From Eubacteriales bacterium (GTDB lineage Bacteria; Bacillota; Clostridia; Oscillospirales; JAAYXM01): 40,970 nt of DNA. The DNA lies in the NCBI GenBank assembly GCA_045595605.1, contig JAZOAS010000151.1:1-40970 (forward strand), read 5' to 3'. The first letter of the stretch is position 1. Each line of letters opens with the position of its first letter. The translations under genes were made by a program, and so were the position numbers. Positions 1 to 9,746 of the stretch are shown piece after piece. Below the pieces are notes generated by a model that saw only the letters and a program-made list of their open reading frames with translations, was not told the DNA's origin and ran no database searches.

Positions 1-90
1 ATCCCGGGAAGAGACGGCTCTCTCGGAATCGGAATGAATAATGTCCACAGCGCAGTTGAGCGCGCAGTAGGCGCAGATATTCTTGGTTAA
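1..90 (+). CDS. V-type ATP synthase subunit F, C-terminal fragment (gene runs off left edge)
   Basis: Frame 1 is open from nt 1 to TAA at 88-90 (IPGRDGSLGIGMNNVHSAVERAVGADILG*). It lies directly upstream of subunits A-B-D, where subunit F sits in bacterial V/A-ATPase operons. Assignment rests on position and tail resemblance only. Confidence 0.45.
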   Translation: MPGRDGSLGIGMNNVHSAVERAVGADILG

Positions 91-126
91 AGCAGCATTG
101 CTTATAAGAAGGGAATTGATTAACAG

Positions 127-1893
127 ATGACAAGCGGAAGAATTATAAAAGTTTCCGGACCGCTCGTTGTAGCGGAGGGCATGGCTCATGCAAATATGTA
201 TGATGTTGTGCGCGTCGGAAAAGACAGACTTATAGGTGAAATAATCGAGATGCGCGGCGACCGTGCATCAATTCAGGTATATGAAGAAACTGCGGGAGTA
301 AAGTTTGGCGACGAGGTTGTCACAACAGGTGCACCGCTCTCTGTTGAGCTCGCTCCGGGTCTTATTGAAAACATTTACGACGGTATCCAGCGCCCGCTTC
401 AGAAGCTCCGCGAGGTTTCGGGAAGTAACATAAAGCGCGGTGTTGAGGTTTCAAGCATCGACCGCGAGAAGAAGTGGAGCTTTGCTCCAAAAAAGGCAGT
501 CGGAGACAAGGTTGTTTCCGGCGACATTCTCGGAACGGTTGAAGAGACTGTTATCGTTGAGCATCGCGTTATGGTGCCTCACGGTGTTTCGGGTGAGATT
601 GTCGAAATCAATGTAGGCGAATTTAGAGTTGAAGACACAATCTGCCGTATAAAGGGTGACGACGGCAAGCTTTATGATGTTTCAATGCTTCAGAGATGGC
701 CGGTCCGTCAGGGTCGTCCGTACAAGGAGAAAATGGCTCCTGATATCCCGATGATTACGGGACAGCGCGTTATTGATACAATGTTCCCGATTGCAAAGGG
801 TGGCGCGGCTGCAGTTCCGGGTCCGTTCGGAAGCGGAAAGACAGTTGTTCAGCACCAGCTTGCAAAGTGGTCGGTTGTTGACATCGTTGTATATATCGGT
901 TGCGGCGAGCGCGGAAACGAGATGACCGATGTTCTCCGTGAGTTCCCTGAGCTTCGTGACCCGAAAACTGGCGAGTCGCTCATGAAGAGAACAGTTCTTA
1001 TTGCAAATACATCAGATATGCCTGTTGCGGCGCGTGAAGCTTCGATTTACACAGGTATAACTATTGCGGAATATTACAGAGATATGGGCTACGATGTAGC
1101 CGTTATCGCGGACTCCACCTCGCGTTGGGCAGAGGCTCTCCGTGAGATGTCAGGCCGTCTTGAGGAAATGCCGGGTGAAGAAGGCTACCCCGCATACCTC
1201 TCGTCCCGTCTTGCTCAGTTCTATGAGCGCGCGGGCAGAATTATTGCATCCTGCGGTGAGGAGCGCCACGGTTCTCTTACCGCTATCGGTGCTGTTTCGC
1301 CTCCGGGCGGTGATATTTCCGAGCCGGTTGCACAGGCAACTCTCCGAATTGTAAAGGTATTCTGGGGTCTTGATTCGTCCCTTGCATACCGCCGTCACTT
1401 CCCGGCTATCAACTGGCTCAACTCATATTCTCTCTATCTCGACAGACTTTCAAATTGGTTTGATGCTTCAGTCTCGCGCGAGTTTATGAAGAACAGAAGT
1501 CAGGCTATGGGACTTTTACAGCTTGAAGCAGAGCTTCAGGAAATAGTCCGTCTTGTCGGTATTGATGCTCTCTCACCGAATGACAGACTTACGCTTGAAA
1601 CTGCGCAGATTATCAGAGAAGACTTCCTCCAGCAGAACGCCTTTTCCGATACTGACAGCTACACACCGCTTGATAAGCAGGCTCGCCTTATGAAGCTTAT
1701 TCTCAAGTACAATGAGCTTTCGGCATCTGCGATATCCAACGGCGCAAACCCGCAGGAAGTTTTCGCGATAAGCGCAAGAGAAAAACTCGGCCGTGCAAAG
1801 GATGTATCAAACGATACCTACTCGTCGGCTTATGATGAGATTGAAGCACTCATGAAGAGTGAGCTTGATGCTCTCGTTTCGAAGGAGGCATAA
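127..1893 (+). CDS. ntpA: V-type ATP synthase catalytic subunit A
   Basis: 588-aa ORF with Walker A GPFGSGKT and the [10 protein letters not shown] region typical of V/A-type A subunits. Subunit B starts 3 nt after its stop. Confidence 0.95.
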   Translation: MTSGRIIKVSGPLVVAEGMAHANMYDVVRVGKDRLIGEIIEMRGDRASIQVYEETAGVKFGDEVVTTGAPLSVELAPGLIENIYDGIQRPLQKLREVSGSNIKRGVEVSSIDREKKWSFAPKKAVGDKVVSGDILGTVEETVIVEHRVMVPHGVSGEIVEINVGEFRVEDTICRIKGDDGKLYDVSMLQRWPVRQGRPYKEKMAPDIPMITGQRVIDTMFPIAKGGAAAVPGPFGSGKTVVQHQLAKWSVVDIVVYIGCGERGNEMTDVLREFPELRDPKTGESLMKRTVLIANTSDMPVAAREASIYTGITIAEYYRDMGYDVAVIADSTSRWAEALREMSGRLEEMPGEEGYPAYLSSRLAQFYERAGRIIASCGEERHGSLTAIGAVSPPGGDISEPVAQATLRIVKVFWGLDSSLAYRRHFPAINWLNSYSLYLDRLSNWFDASVSREFMKNRSQAMGLLQLEAELQEIVRLVGIDALSPNDRLTLETAQIIREDFLQQNAFSDTDSYTPLDKQARLMKLILKYNELSASAISNGANPQEVFAISAREKLGRAKDVSNDTYSSAYDEIEALMKSELDALVSKEA

Positions 1894-1896
1894 GAA

Positions 1897-3276
1897 ATGA
1901 TTAAGGAATACCGTACAATTGATGAGGTTGCAGGACCGCTTATGCTTGTCCGAAATGTCGAAGGCGTCGCGTATGATGAGCTCGGCGAGGTTGAGCTTCC
2001 CAACGGAAGTCGCCGCCGTTGCAAGGTCCTTGAAATTAACGGAAACGATGCTCTCGTTCAGCTTTTTGAGAGCAGCGCAGGTATAAATTTAAAAGAAAGC
2101 AAAGTTAGATTTCTCGGTCACGGTATCGAGCTCTCTGTTTCAGAGGATATGCTCGGTCGCGTTTTTGACGGAATGGGCAGACCGCGTGACGGTGGCCCTG
2201 AAATCATTGCCGATGAAAAGAGAAACATAAACGGAACGCCGATGAACCCGGCAGCGCGAAACTACCCTGATGAGTTTATTCAGACAGGTATTTCAACAAT
2301 CGACGGGCTCAATACCCTTGTCCGCGGTCAGAAGCTTCCGATTTTCTCAGGTTCAGGTCTTCCGCATGCTCAGCTTGCGGCACAGATTGCGCGTCAGGCG
2401 AAGGTGCTCTCGGCTGATGCCAAGTTTGCGGTTGTTTTTGCCGCTATCGGTATCACCTTTGAAGAGGCTGACTTCTTTATCAGCGACTTCAAGCGCACAG
2501 GTGCGATTGACAGAACGGTTCTCTTCGTAAACCTTGCAAACGACCCTGCTATCGAGCGAATTTCAACTCCGCGAATGGCGCTTACCGCGGCGGAGTACCT
2601 CGCTTTTGAAAAGGATATGCATGTTCTTGTAATACTTACAGATATTACAAACTACGCGGAAGCTCTCCGTGAGGTTTCGGCAGCTCGTAAGGAGGTTCCG
2701 GGCCGTCGCGGATATCCGGGATATCTCTACACCGACCTTGCGACTATGTATGAGCGCGCTGGAAGAAACCTTGAGAGCGAAGGCTCAATCACAATGATTC
2801 CGATTCTTTCGATGCCGGAAGATGATAAGACTCATCCGATACCCGACCTTACGGGATACATTACAGAGGGACAGATTATCCTTTCCCGTGAGCTTTACCG
2901 TAAGAATGTTCTTCCGCCGGTTGATGTTCTGCCGTCACTTTCCCGTCTTAAGGACAAGGGAATTGGCGTGGGCAAGACAAGAGAAGACCATGCCGGAACA
3001 ATGAACCAGCTCTTTGCGGCATACGCCCGCGGTAAGGAGGCAAAAGAGCTTATGACAATTCTTGGTGAAGCGGCGCTTTCTGAGATTGATAAGCTTTATG
3101 CAAAATTTGCAGATGCTTTTGAGCGAGAGTATGTAACCCAGGGGTATGACGAAAACCGTTCAATCGAGGAGACATTAAACCTCGGATGGAAGCTTCTCTC
3201 AATCCTCCCCAAGGGCGAGCTTAAGAGAATTAAACCGGAATTCATCGAAAAATACCTTCCGGATACAGAGCACTAA
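1897..3276 (+). CDS. ntpB: V-type ATP synthase subunit B
   Basis: 459 aa with characteristic B-subunit blocks ([30 protein letters not shown]). Confidence 0.95.
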   Translation: MIKEYRTIDEVAGPLMLVRNVEGVAYDELGEVELPNGSRRRCKVLEINGNDALVQLFESSAGINLKESKVRFLGHGIELSVSEDMLGRVFDGMGRPRDGGPEIIADEKRNINGTPMNPAARNYPDEFIQTGISTIDGLNTLVRGQKLPIFSGSGLPHAQLAAQIARQAKVLSADAKFAVVFAAIGITFEEADFFISDFKRTGAIDRTVLFVNLANDPAIERISTPRMALTAAEYLAFEKDMHVLVILTDITNYAEALREVSAARKEVPGRRGYPGYLYTDLATMYERAGRNLESEGSITMIPILSMPEDDKTHPIPDLTGYITEGQIILSRELYRKNVLPPVDVLPSLSRLKDKGIGVGKTREDHAGTMNQLFAAYARGKEAKELMTILGEAALSEIDKLYAKFADAFEREYVTQGYDENRSIEETLNLGWKLLSILPKGELKRIKPEFIEKYLPDTEH

Positions 3277-3293
3277 GAAAGGGTGCGGCTTTT

Positions 3294-3938
3294 ATGGCTA
3301 CTTTAAATGTTAATCCGACGCGTATGGAGCTTAAAAAGCTGAAAACCCGCCTTACTACTGCAAGGCGAGGACATAAGCTTTTAAAGGATAAGCGCGATGA
3401 GCTCATGAAGAGATTTCTTGACATCGTCCGCGAAAACAAGAAGCTCCGCGCCGAGGTTGAAGAGATGCTCAGCGTTGCAAACCGCGGTTTTGCGTCCGCA
3501 AGCGCGGTTATGTCGAAGGCAAGCCTTGAACAGGCGCTTATGTGTCCTGTGAAAAGTGTTGAGATGAGCGTTTCTTGTAAAAATATAATGAGCGTTGAGG
3601 TGCCTGAGTTTGAGTTTGCAGAGAGCGACGGTAACACGATTTACCCCTACGGAAACTCATTCGTATCGGGTGAGCTTGACGACGCGGTTGACGGGCTTGC
3701 GCGCGTTATGCCGAGTTTGCTGAAGCTTGCTGAAATCGAAAAGACCGCCCAGCTTCTCGCTCAGGAAATTGAGAAAACGCGCCGTCGCGTTAATGCGCTT
3801 GAATATGTTATGATTCCTGACCTTATGGAGACAATCCGTATGATTACAATGAAGCTCGACGAAAACGAGCGAGGAAATCTTACGCGCCTCATGAAGGTCA
3901 AGGATATGATGCTCAAAGAGAAGTTTGAGAATAAGTAA
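3294..3938 (+). CDS. ntpD: V-type ATP synthase subunit D
   Basis: 214 aa with N-terminal NPTRMELKKLKTRL and the long helical profile typical of the V-type central-stalk subunit D. It is the last canonical gene in A-B-D order. Confidence 0.9.
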   Translation: MATLNVNPTRMELKKLKTRLTTARRGHKLLKDKRDELMKRFLDIVRENKKLRAEVEEMLSVANRGFASASAVMSKASLEQALMCPVKSVEMSVSCKNIMSVEVPEFEFAESDGNTIYPYGNSFVSGELDDAVDGLARVMPSLLKLAEIEKTAQLLAQEIEKTRRRVNALEYVMIPDLMETIRMITMKLDENERGNLTRLMKVKDMMLKEKFENK

Positions 3939-5148
3939 TGGAGATGACTCTGCCATAAGTACTGCTATTGTAACTGATGTCAGATACCGTATGAGCCTTC
4001 CTGTCATCCGTTCACTCGGAAGGACGGGGGTAAAGGTTATCTGTGCGGAGAGAGAGGCCTGCGACACTCGCGCGGCCCTCGGGTTTTATTCAAAATATTC
4101 CTCTGAAAATGTAAGGCTTTCTGATGCTGCGGAAAACCGCGAAGGTTTTCTCGCAGATTTAAGAGAGCTTTGCTTGTCGTGCGATGAACGCCCGGTTGTA
4201 ATCCCTGTCGGTATAGCTACGCTTATTGAAATGTGCAGAGAAAAGGAAGCCGTTTCTGCTTTTGCCGATGTCGCGCTTCCACCGCTTGAGTCAATCGAGC
4301 TTGCAAACGATAAGGCGCGCCTTATACCATTTGCGGAGAGTGTTGGAATACCTGTCCCGCAAACCACATTTATCCGTGACGGTGAGAGCGTTTCTGAACT
4401 TTCCGAGAGGGTAAAATACCCCACTGTTATAAAGCTTGCACGCGGTGAAATGCTCGGGCTCTCCCCTGAAGAAAGATACGCGATTATAAAAACTAAAGAG
4501 GAATTTCTCGAAAAATACCCCGCCTTCGCCGCACATGGCGAGGAGGTACTTGTTCAGCAGTATATAACAGGCGACGGTTACGGCGTTTCTGCCGTATTTG
4601 GAAAAAACGGTGAACCGCTTGAGGTTTTCTGTCACAAGAGAATAAGGGAATACCCGGCAAGCGGTGGTCCGTCCTCGTTCTGTGAAAGTGCGGACTTGCC
4701 GCAACTCGCAGAATACGCGATAAAGCTTCTTCGCGCGCTTTCATGGGAAGGCGTTGCCATGGTCGAGTTCAAAGGAAACCCGACCGACGGCTTTTACCTT
4801 ATGGAAATAAACCCGAGACTTTGGGGAAGCTCTGCTCTTGCTCCAAATTCGGGATGCAATATTCCGTATGCGATTTTTTGTGCCGCGCGCGGTGAAGTCA
4901 AGACTGAATTTAAAAAGTTTACGCCCTCTTATAAAGTCGGGCATAAGATGCGTTTTCTTCTTCAGGACCTTTTGACATTCCCGTCCTATCTCAGAAAAAG
5001 CGATAATAAGCTTAAGTTTATGTTGTCCTATTTTGCAGGACTTCTGAACCCGAAAATTTCAGACGGTGTCCTCGATATAAGGGACATCAGATCTTCGGTG
5101 AGATACTTATTACAAGCATTAAAAAAGACCGACAGCATTGTGAGGTAG
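3925..5148 (+). CDS. ATP-grasp domain protein (predicted carboxylate-amine ligase, COG3919-like)
   Basis: 407 aa with an N-terminal Rossmann-like VIRSLGRTGVKV and an ATP-grasp core (KYPTVIKLARG, QQYITGDGYGVSAVF, MVEFKGNPTDGFYLMEINPRLWGS). The only in-frame start is TTG at 3925, overlapping ntpD by 14 nt, so the start is uncertain. Confidence 0.7.
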   Translation: MRISNGDDSAISTAIVTDVRYRMSLPVIRSLGRTGVKVICAEREACDTRAALGFYSKYSSENVRLSDAAENREGFLADLRELCLSCDERPVVIPVGIATLIEMCREKEAVSAFADVALPPLESIELANDKARLIPFAESVGIPVPQTTFIRDGESVSELSERVKYPTVIKLARGEMLGLSPEERYAIIKTKEEFLEKYPAFAAHGEEVLVQQYITGDGYGVSAVFGKNGEPLEVFCHKRIREYPASGGPSSFCESADLPQLAEYAIKLLRALSWEGVAMVEFKGNPTDGFYLMEINPRLWGSSALAPNSGCNIPYAIFCAARGEVKTEFKKFTPSYKVGHKMRFLLQDLLTFPSYLRKSDNKLKFMLSYFAGLLNPKISDGVLDIRDIRSSVRYLLQALKKTDSIVR

Positions 5149-5154
5149 TGATGT

Positions 5155-5928
5155 ATGAAATTTGACTTGCATATACATACAACTGCATCGCCCGATTCCA
5201 TTCTTGAACCGGAAGAGCTTTTCAGGATTGCAAAGGAAAGAGGGCTTGACGGCGTAGCCGTCACAAACCACAATGTCCTTCAGAATGTAAAAAGCGAAAA
5301 CGGCATATATGTAATCCCCGGCTGTGAGGTTTCAACCGATGCGGGGCATATGCTTGTTTTCTTTTTGAAAAGTGATATATGCAGTGAGCTTTCAAAAAAC
5401 GAAAAGGGTGTATATTCCTACCGCGAGGTTATAGAAAAAGCGCATGGCGAGGGTGCTGTCGTATTTGCGGCGCATCCGTACTCTCCGGTTGTAGCGCGAG
5501 AGGAAGGTATATGGGACGAGCTTGACGGTGTTGAGGTTTTCAATTCCCGAATAGTCCACTCCAAAGAGTTCTTTGCAAATGAAAAGGCGGCGCTTTTATG
5601 TGTCGATAAAGGGCTTGCGTTCTCCGTCGGAAGCGATGCCCATTCCCCTGACGAGGTTGGGGTGGCGTTCTGGGAGAGCTCCCTTACGCGCGCAGATATG
5701 GAAAATGAAGATTTTGAAGAAAGGCTCAAGGCCGAACTCCTTTTCGGAAGCGGAAAAGCTTACGGAGGATACGCGCCGAGAAGTGCAGTATATAACTGTC
5801 GCAGAAAAACATATATAAAGAGAAAAATGCCGAAGAAATTCATAAAAAGCTATTTTATATGCGCTTTTTTATGGCTTCGTGATATTATAAAAGGAAAGAA
5901 GAATAGCGGATATATTGAGTTGAGGTGA
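5155..5928 (+). CDS. PHP-domain metal-dependent phosphoesterase
   Basis: 257 aa with N-terminal FDLHIHTTASPDS (the HxH motif of the PHP fold), later AAHPYS and GSDAHSP, and a basic C-terminal tail. A GAGG RBS lies 6-10 nt upstream. Confidence 0.7.
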   Translation: MKFDLHIHTTASPDSILEPEELFRIAKERGLDGVAVTNHNVLQNVKSENGIYVIPGCEVSTDAGHMLVFFLKSDICSELSKNEKGVYSYREVIEKAHGEGAVVFAAHPYSPVVAREEGIWDELDGVEVFNSRIVHSKEFFANEKAALLCVDKGLAFSVGSDAHSPDEVGVAFWESSLTRADMENEDFEERLKAELLFGSGKAYGGYAPRSAVYNCRRKTYIKRKMPKKFIKSYFICAFLWLRDIIKGKKNSGYIELR

Positions 5929-5933
5929 GATAA

Positions 5934-7289
5934 GTGATATTATACGACCTTGCAAGACGCGCAAAACACAAGCTTCGCGATTACAAAAGAAGTCGCGATT
6001 GCGAATATATAACTCCTGTCAGACGAATTGAGAAGGTCTATCCGATAAAGGGTGAGCGCATCTGCGCGATGACCTTTGACGACGGTCCGACGGTTGCAAA
6101 AACTTGCCCCGAGGTATCTGAGCTCGGGCTTACTGAGCATCTTCTCACGACTCTTGAAAAATATGGTGCCCGCGGGACCTTTGATGTTATAGGTACAACA
6201 GAGGAAAACTATCCCGATGAAGCGGGAGAGCACGGCTCGTTCTCTTGGGGCGGGGTAAAGTATGACCATTACCCCGACATAAACCGCGATACTGAGGCGG
6301 GGGCTAAAAACCGCCCTGAGCTCATAAAGAGAATAATTGACGGCGGTCACGAAATATCAAACCACGGTTACCGTCATGTGCTTTTCGGACACTTGAAGCT
6401 TGTTTATGGCGCACGCGCACACTTTGATACTATTCACGAGGTAGTTGAGGATATGATGAAGCTTGATAAGCTCATTTTATCCGAGCATAATTGCAAGATT
6501 CGCCTTGCAAGACCGCCTCACTATGTCGATAAAATTCCCGACGGAAAAACATCATACGATGCATACCGCTATGCAGGGTATAACTACATGGCGGCAAGCT
6601 TTGACGGTGGCGGCTGGCTTCCGTCGTGCGGGGATACTGAGCGCGATGTTGAGGCTATGGTTGCGCCGATTGAAAAAGCGCTTTCCGAAAACCCCGATTC
6701 GCTCAACGGTCAGATAATCTTCCAGAAGGACGGGTACAGCATGTCCCGCCACACTCCGGTTGCGGAGGCTCTCCCGAAACAGCTTGAGCTTCTGTCAAAA
6801 TACGGTTATAAGGTTGTTACCGTGTCTGAGCTTCTTGCACGCTCCTCCTTTGAAGACTGCGAAAATGAGGATGCAACCGCACTTGCAACTGCGGGATATA
6901 CGGTCGCTTACAGGAATAACACTCTCCAGCCTGAAAGAGGGCTTACCTTTGGCGAGCTTGTCGTGATGGCGACTTCTCCCGATGCGGTAAACAAAGCTTA
7001 CAGAGAATTTGTCGATTCGGATTACAACACCGAAAAGCTCTCTGTCGATGCTGCAAAAAGCTACGGCGTTTCCGAAAAACACCCGTATTTTATTGCGTTC
7101 TGTGTAGCAAGCGAGCTTGGGCTTATTGATAAAGAGAATAAGGATAAACTCTCATATAAAAGTGCTGTTACGGGAAAAATGTTCTCAGAGTTTATGAAGA
7201 AACTCGCGCCCGGGTATGAGTTTACGATTTCCTCAGGCGCGCTTAAGCGCGGAGAGGTCTTTTCCCATCTCCGCTTGGCACTTTTGTAA
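5934..7289 (+). CDS. polysaccharide deacetylase (NodB homology domain) with an uncharacterised C-terminal region of about 150 aa
   Basis: 451 aa with NodB motifs MTFDDGPT and ISNHGYRHV. GTG start is preceded by GAGGTG. Confidence 0.75.
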   Translation: MILYDLARRAKHKLRDYKRSRDCEYITPVRRIEKVYPIKGERICAMTFDDGPTVAKTCPEVSELGLTEHLLTTLEKYGARGTFDVIGTTEENYPDEAGEHGSFSWGGVKYDHYPDINRDTEAGAKNRPELIKRIIDGGHEISNHGYRHVLFGHLKLVYGARAHFDTIHEVVEDMMKLDKLILSEHNCKIRLARPPHYVDKIPDGKTSYDAYRYAGYNYMAASFDGGGWLPSCGDTERDVEAMVAPIEKALSENPDSLNGQIIFQKDGYSMSRHTPVAEALPKQLELLSKYGYKVVTVSELLARSSFEDCENEDATALATAGYTVAYRNNTLQPERGLTFGELVVMATSPDAVNKAYREFVDSDYNTEKLSVDAAKSYGVSEKHPYFIAFCVASELGLIDKENKDKLSYKSAVTGKMFSEFMKKLAPGYEFTISSGALKRGEVFSHLRLALL

Positions 7290-7302
7290 AAAAGGTGATT
7301 GA

Positions 7303-8472
7303 ATGACGAATATTATAATCCGCCTCTTCATAAAAGATGCGGAAAATGTTTCAAATATTGCGGTCAGAACGCGCTATGGAATTGTTGCGGGAGTTGTAGG
7401 AATTATATTAAATACGCTCCTTGCGCTTGCAAAGTTCGTTTTCGGCGTTATGGCGTCGAGCGTTGCTGTTACGGCGGACGCTGTCAACAATCTCTCGGAT
7501 TCCGCAACAAGTGTTCTTACTCTTGTGGGCTTTAAGCTTTCTTCAAAGCCTGCTGACCGCGACCATCCATTCGGCCACGGCAGAGTGGAATACATCTGTG
7601 CGCTAATCGTCGCGTTTTTCGTTTTACTTGTCGGGTTTGAGGTCGCAAAAACCTCTGTTTTCCGAATCGTAAGAGGCGAGGCGGCCTCGTTCTCGCTTGT
7701 GGTTGTAATAGGTCTTTGTGCTTCCGTTTTAGTCAAGCTCTGGCTTTCGGTGTTCAACAAAAATCTTGGTGCGAAAATCTCTTCTGCCGCGATGAAAGCC
7801 GTCGCCGCAGATAGTTTGTCAGACGCGCTTTCAACCGCAGTTACGCTTGTTTCCATTATCGTGGCAAAGTTTACAAAGCTTCCGATAGACGGCTTTGTCG
7901 GAATTCTCGTGAGTGTGCTTATTTTCAAAGCAGGAATAAATATTTTAAAGGACACGCTTACCCCTCTTCTTGGAAAAGCTCCTGATGCAAGCCTTGTAAA
8001 GAGGGTGCACGATGAGGTAACAAAGTATCAGAAGATTTACGGCGTGCATGATATAATAATCCACGAATACGGCCCGGGAAAGATTTTTGCATCTCTTCAC
8101 GCGGAGGTTTCCTCAAATGAGGACATCCTTGAAAGCCACGCGCTTATAGATAAAATTGAGAACGAGGTCTCGAAAAAACTGGGCGTTGAGATTCTCATCC
8201 ATATGGATCCGCTTGAGATTGAGAATGAAGAAGTCTCAGCAATACGGGACAAAGTAAAGCGGGAGATAAAAAAGCTTGATGAAAGCTTCGACATTCACGA
8301 TTTTCGCGTCGTAACAAGCGGAGATTTTAAAAATCTTCTGTTTGATGTAATCGTACCGTTTGATTACCCCGCGCCTGACAAAATAGTTCGGGATATGATA
8401 AAGGTTGCTGTTGGTGCGATTGACGCTACATTTGTTGCAAAGCCGAAAATTGACAGAAATGTCGTTGAATAG
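7303..8472 (+). CDS. cation diffusion facilitator (CDF) family metal efflux transporter
   Basis: 389 aa with six predicted TM helices, the TADAVNNLSD and DHPFGHGRVEY blocks, and a cytoplasmic C-terminal domain typical of CDF proteins. Confidence 0.85.
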   Translation: MTNIIIRLFIKDAENVSNIAVRTRYGIVAGVVGIILNTLLALAKFVFGVMASSVAVTADAVNNLSDSATSVLTLVGFKLSSKPADRDHPFGHGRVEYICALIVAFFVLLVGFEVAKTSVFRIVRGEAASFSLVVVIGLCASVLVKLWLSVFNKNLGAKISSAAMKAVAADSLSDALSTAVTLVSIIVAKFTKLPIDGFVGILVSVLIFKAGINILKDTLTPLLGKAPDASLVKRVHDEVTKYQKIYGVHDIIIHEYGPGKIFASLHAEVSSNEDILESHALIDKIENEVSKKLGVEILIHMDPLEIENEEVSAIRDKVKREIKKLDESFDIHDFRVVTSGDFKNLLFDVIVPFDYPAPDKIVRDMIKVAVGAIDATFVAKPKIDRNVVE

Positions 8473-8490
8473 AGAAAGCGAGGCAAAATT

Positions 8491-9714
8491 ATGACAGATA
8501 TCAGAGAAAAGCTAAATATAACCATTGAATCAAAGCATTGGGATGAAGCTTTTGAAAAAGCGCTCAATGAACCGGGAATTCCCGAATGGATGACTGAAAA
8601 GTTTTTGAGAGATTTGCATAAGGAGACAGACCTTCTGCCTGATACAATTGAAAATCTTGTAGAGGCAGTTCAGCTTGCGGTGGAAAACCCTGACCTCGTT
8701 CTTCTCGCAAAGACGGTGTATCATATACTTGCAAAAAAACTTCCGGGTTCGGAAGCGATTTCCAAGTATGAGCAGATAAAAGCTCCTGAGGGTATCGAAA
8801 ATCCGATGGGCTATGACCTTGTTATGGCGTTTCCTCTGGTCGCTCATCTTAAGCTCTCGTGGAAAGAACTGATTGACCGCGGAGTTGACAGTGATATTGC
8901 AAAGAAGAGCCTTATGTTCATAAACGATGTGTTAAAGGACATAGAAAGAATTGAAGGAAAACCGACCACTTCAAACTATCTGATAAACTATCATAAAGTA
9001 GGTATTTATGTAAATCAGCTCTTCATCAATCGTCTTCGCTTTGAGCTTCACGAAAACTCAAGCCGTCCGGGAAAGGTCTTTATGAACAAAAACGGCGATA
9101 TGAAGGTGCTTATGTGCAACTGCACTCTCCATAAGAGCGGATACCTTCTCGGTTCAGGAAACTATACCGACGAGGAGGGCTCATACGATGCAAACTTTGT
9201 CGAAACGGAAACTACATACGAGGGCTACGCGGTAGGGGATGATACCCATGTCGCAGAAAAGACAAGAACGGTTCTTGAGAAAAGCGAATGGACTCCCGTT
9301 TTTGTTCCGGGTGATACTGTCCTCAAGGTTCATATCTCTCCGGGACCGGGATTTACAAAAGAAGCGTGTGAGGAGTCATATGCAAGAGCAAGGGAAGTTT
9401 TCACCCGTTGCTATTCCGAATATGACTTCAAGGGCTTTGTAACCTGTTGTTGGATGCTCTCACCCGTGCTTCGCGAGATACTGAAGCCGGATTCGAACAT
9501 CATAAACTTCCAGAATAAGTTTAAGGTATTCCCTGCGGAGAATACAGCGCTTGATGTGTATATGTATGTTTATAAGCTTCACCCGAAGTCGATTGACGAG
9601 GTTGATTTTGAGAATCTACCTGAGGAGAATTCAATGCAGCGCGGAGTCAAGCAGAAGGGTCTTGAAGGGAAGTTTGTTCAGCAGTGCAACGGTTTTATTC
9701 CGTTTAAAGAATAA
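8491..9714 (+). CDS. hypothetical protein, possibly of the NAT_N/GNAT_C 'acyltransferase domain-containing' family
   Basis: 407-aa soluble ORF and the last gene before the terminator at 9719. The C-terminal block VHISPGPGFTKEACEESY...CCWMLSPVL...SNIINFQNKF resembles, from memory, the GNAT-like C-terminal domain family. This is not verifiable here. Confidence 0.45.
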   Translation: MTDIREKLNITIESKHWDEAFEKALNEPGIPEWMTEKFLRDLHKETDLLPDTIENLVEAVQLAVENPDLVLLAKTVYHILAKKLPGSEAISKYEQIKAPEGIENPMGYDLVMAFPLVAHLKLSWKELIDRGVDSDIAKKSLMFINDVLKDIERIEGKPTTSNYLINYHKVGIYVNQLFINRLRFELHENSSRPGKVFMNKNGDMKVLMCNCTLHKSGYLLGSGNYTDEEGSYDANFVETETTYEGYAVGDDTHVAEKTRTVLEKSEWTPVFVPGDTVLKVHISPGPGFTKEACEESYARAREVFTRCYSEYDFKGFVTCCWMLSPVLREILKPDSNIINFQNKFKVFPAENTALDVYMYVYKLHPKSIDEVDFENLPEENSMQRGVKQKGLEGKFVQQCNGFIPFKE

Positions 9715-9718
9715 AAAA

Positions 9719-9746
9719 ATCAGGGGAATTTCCCCTGATTTTTTTA
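9719..9746. terminator. bidirectional intrinsic terminator between the 8491-9714 gene and addA
   Basis: Hairpin ATCAGGGGA-attt-CCCCTGAT, flanked by an A-run upstream and a T-run downstream. Confidence 0.8.
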
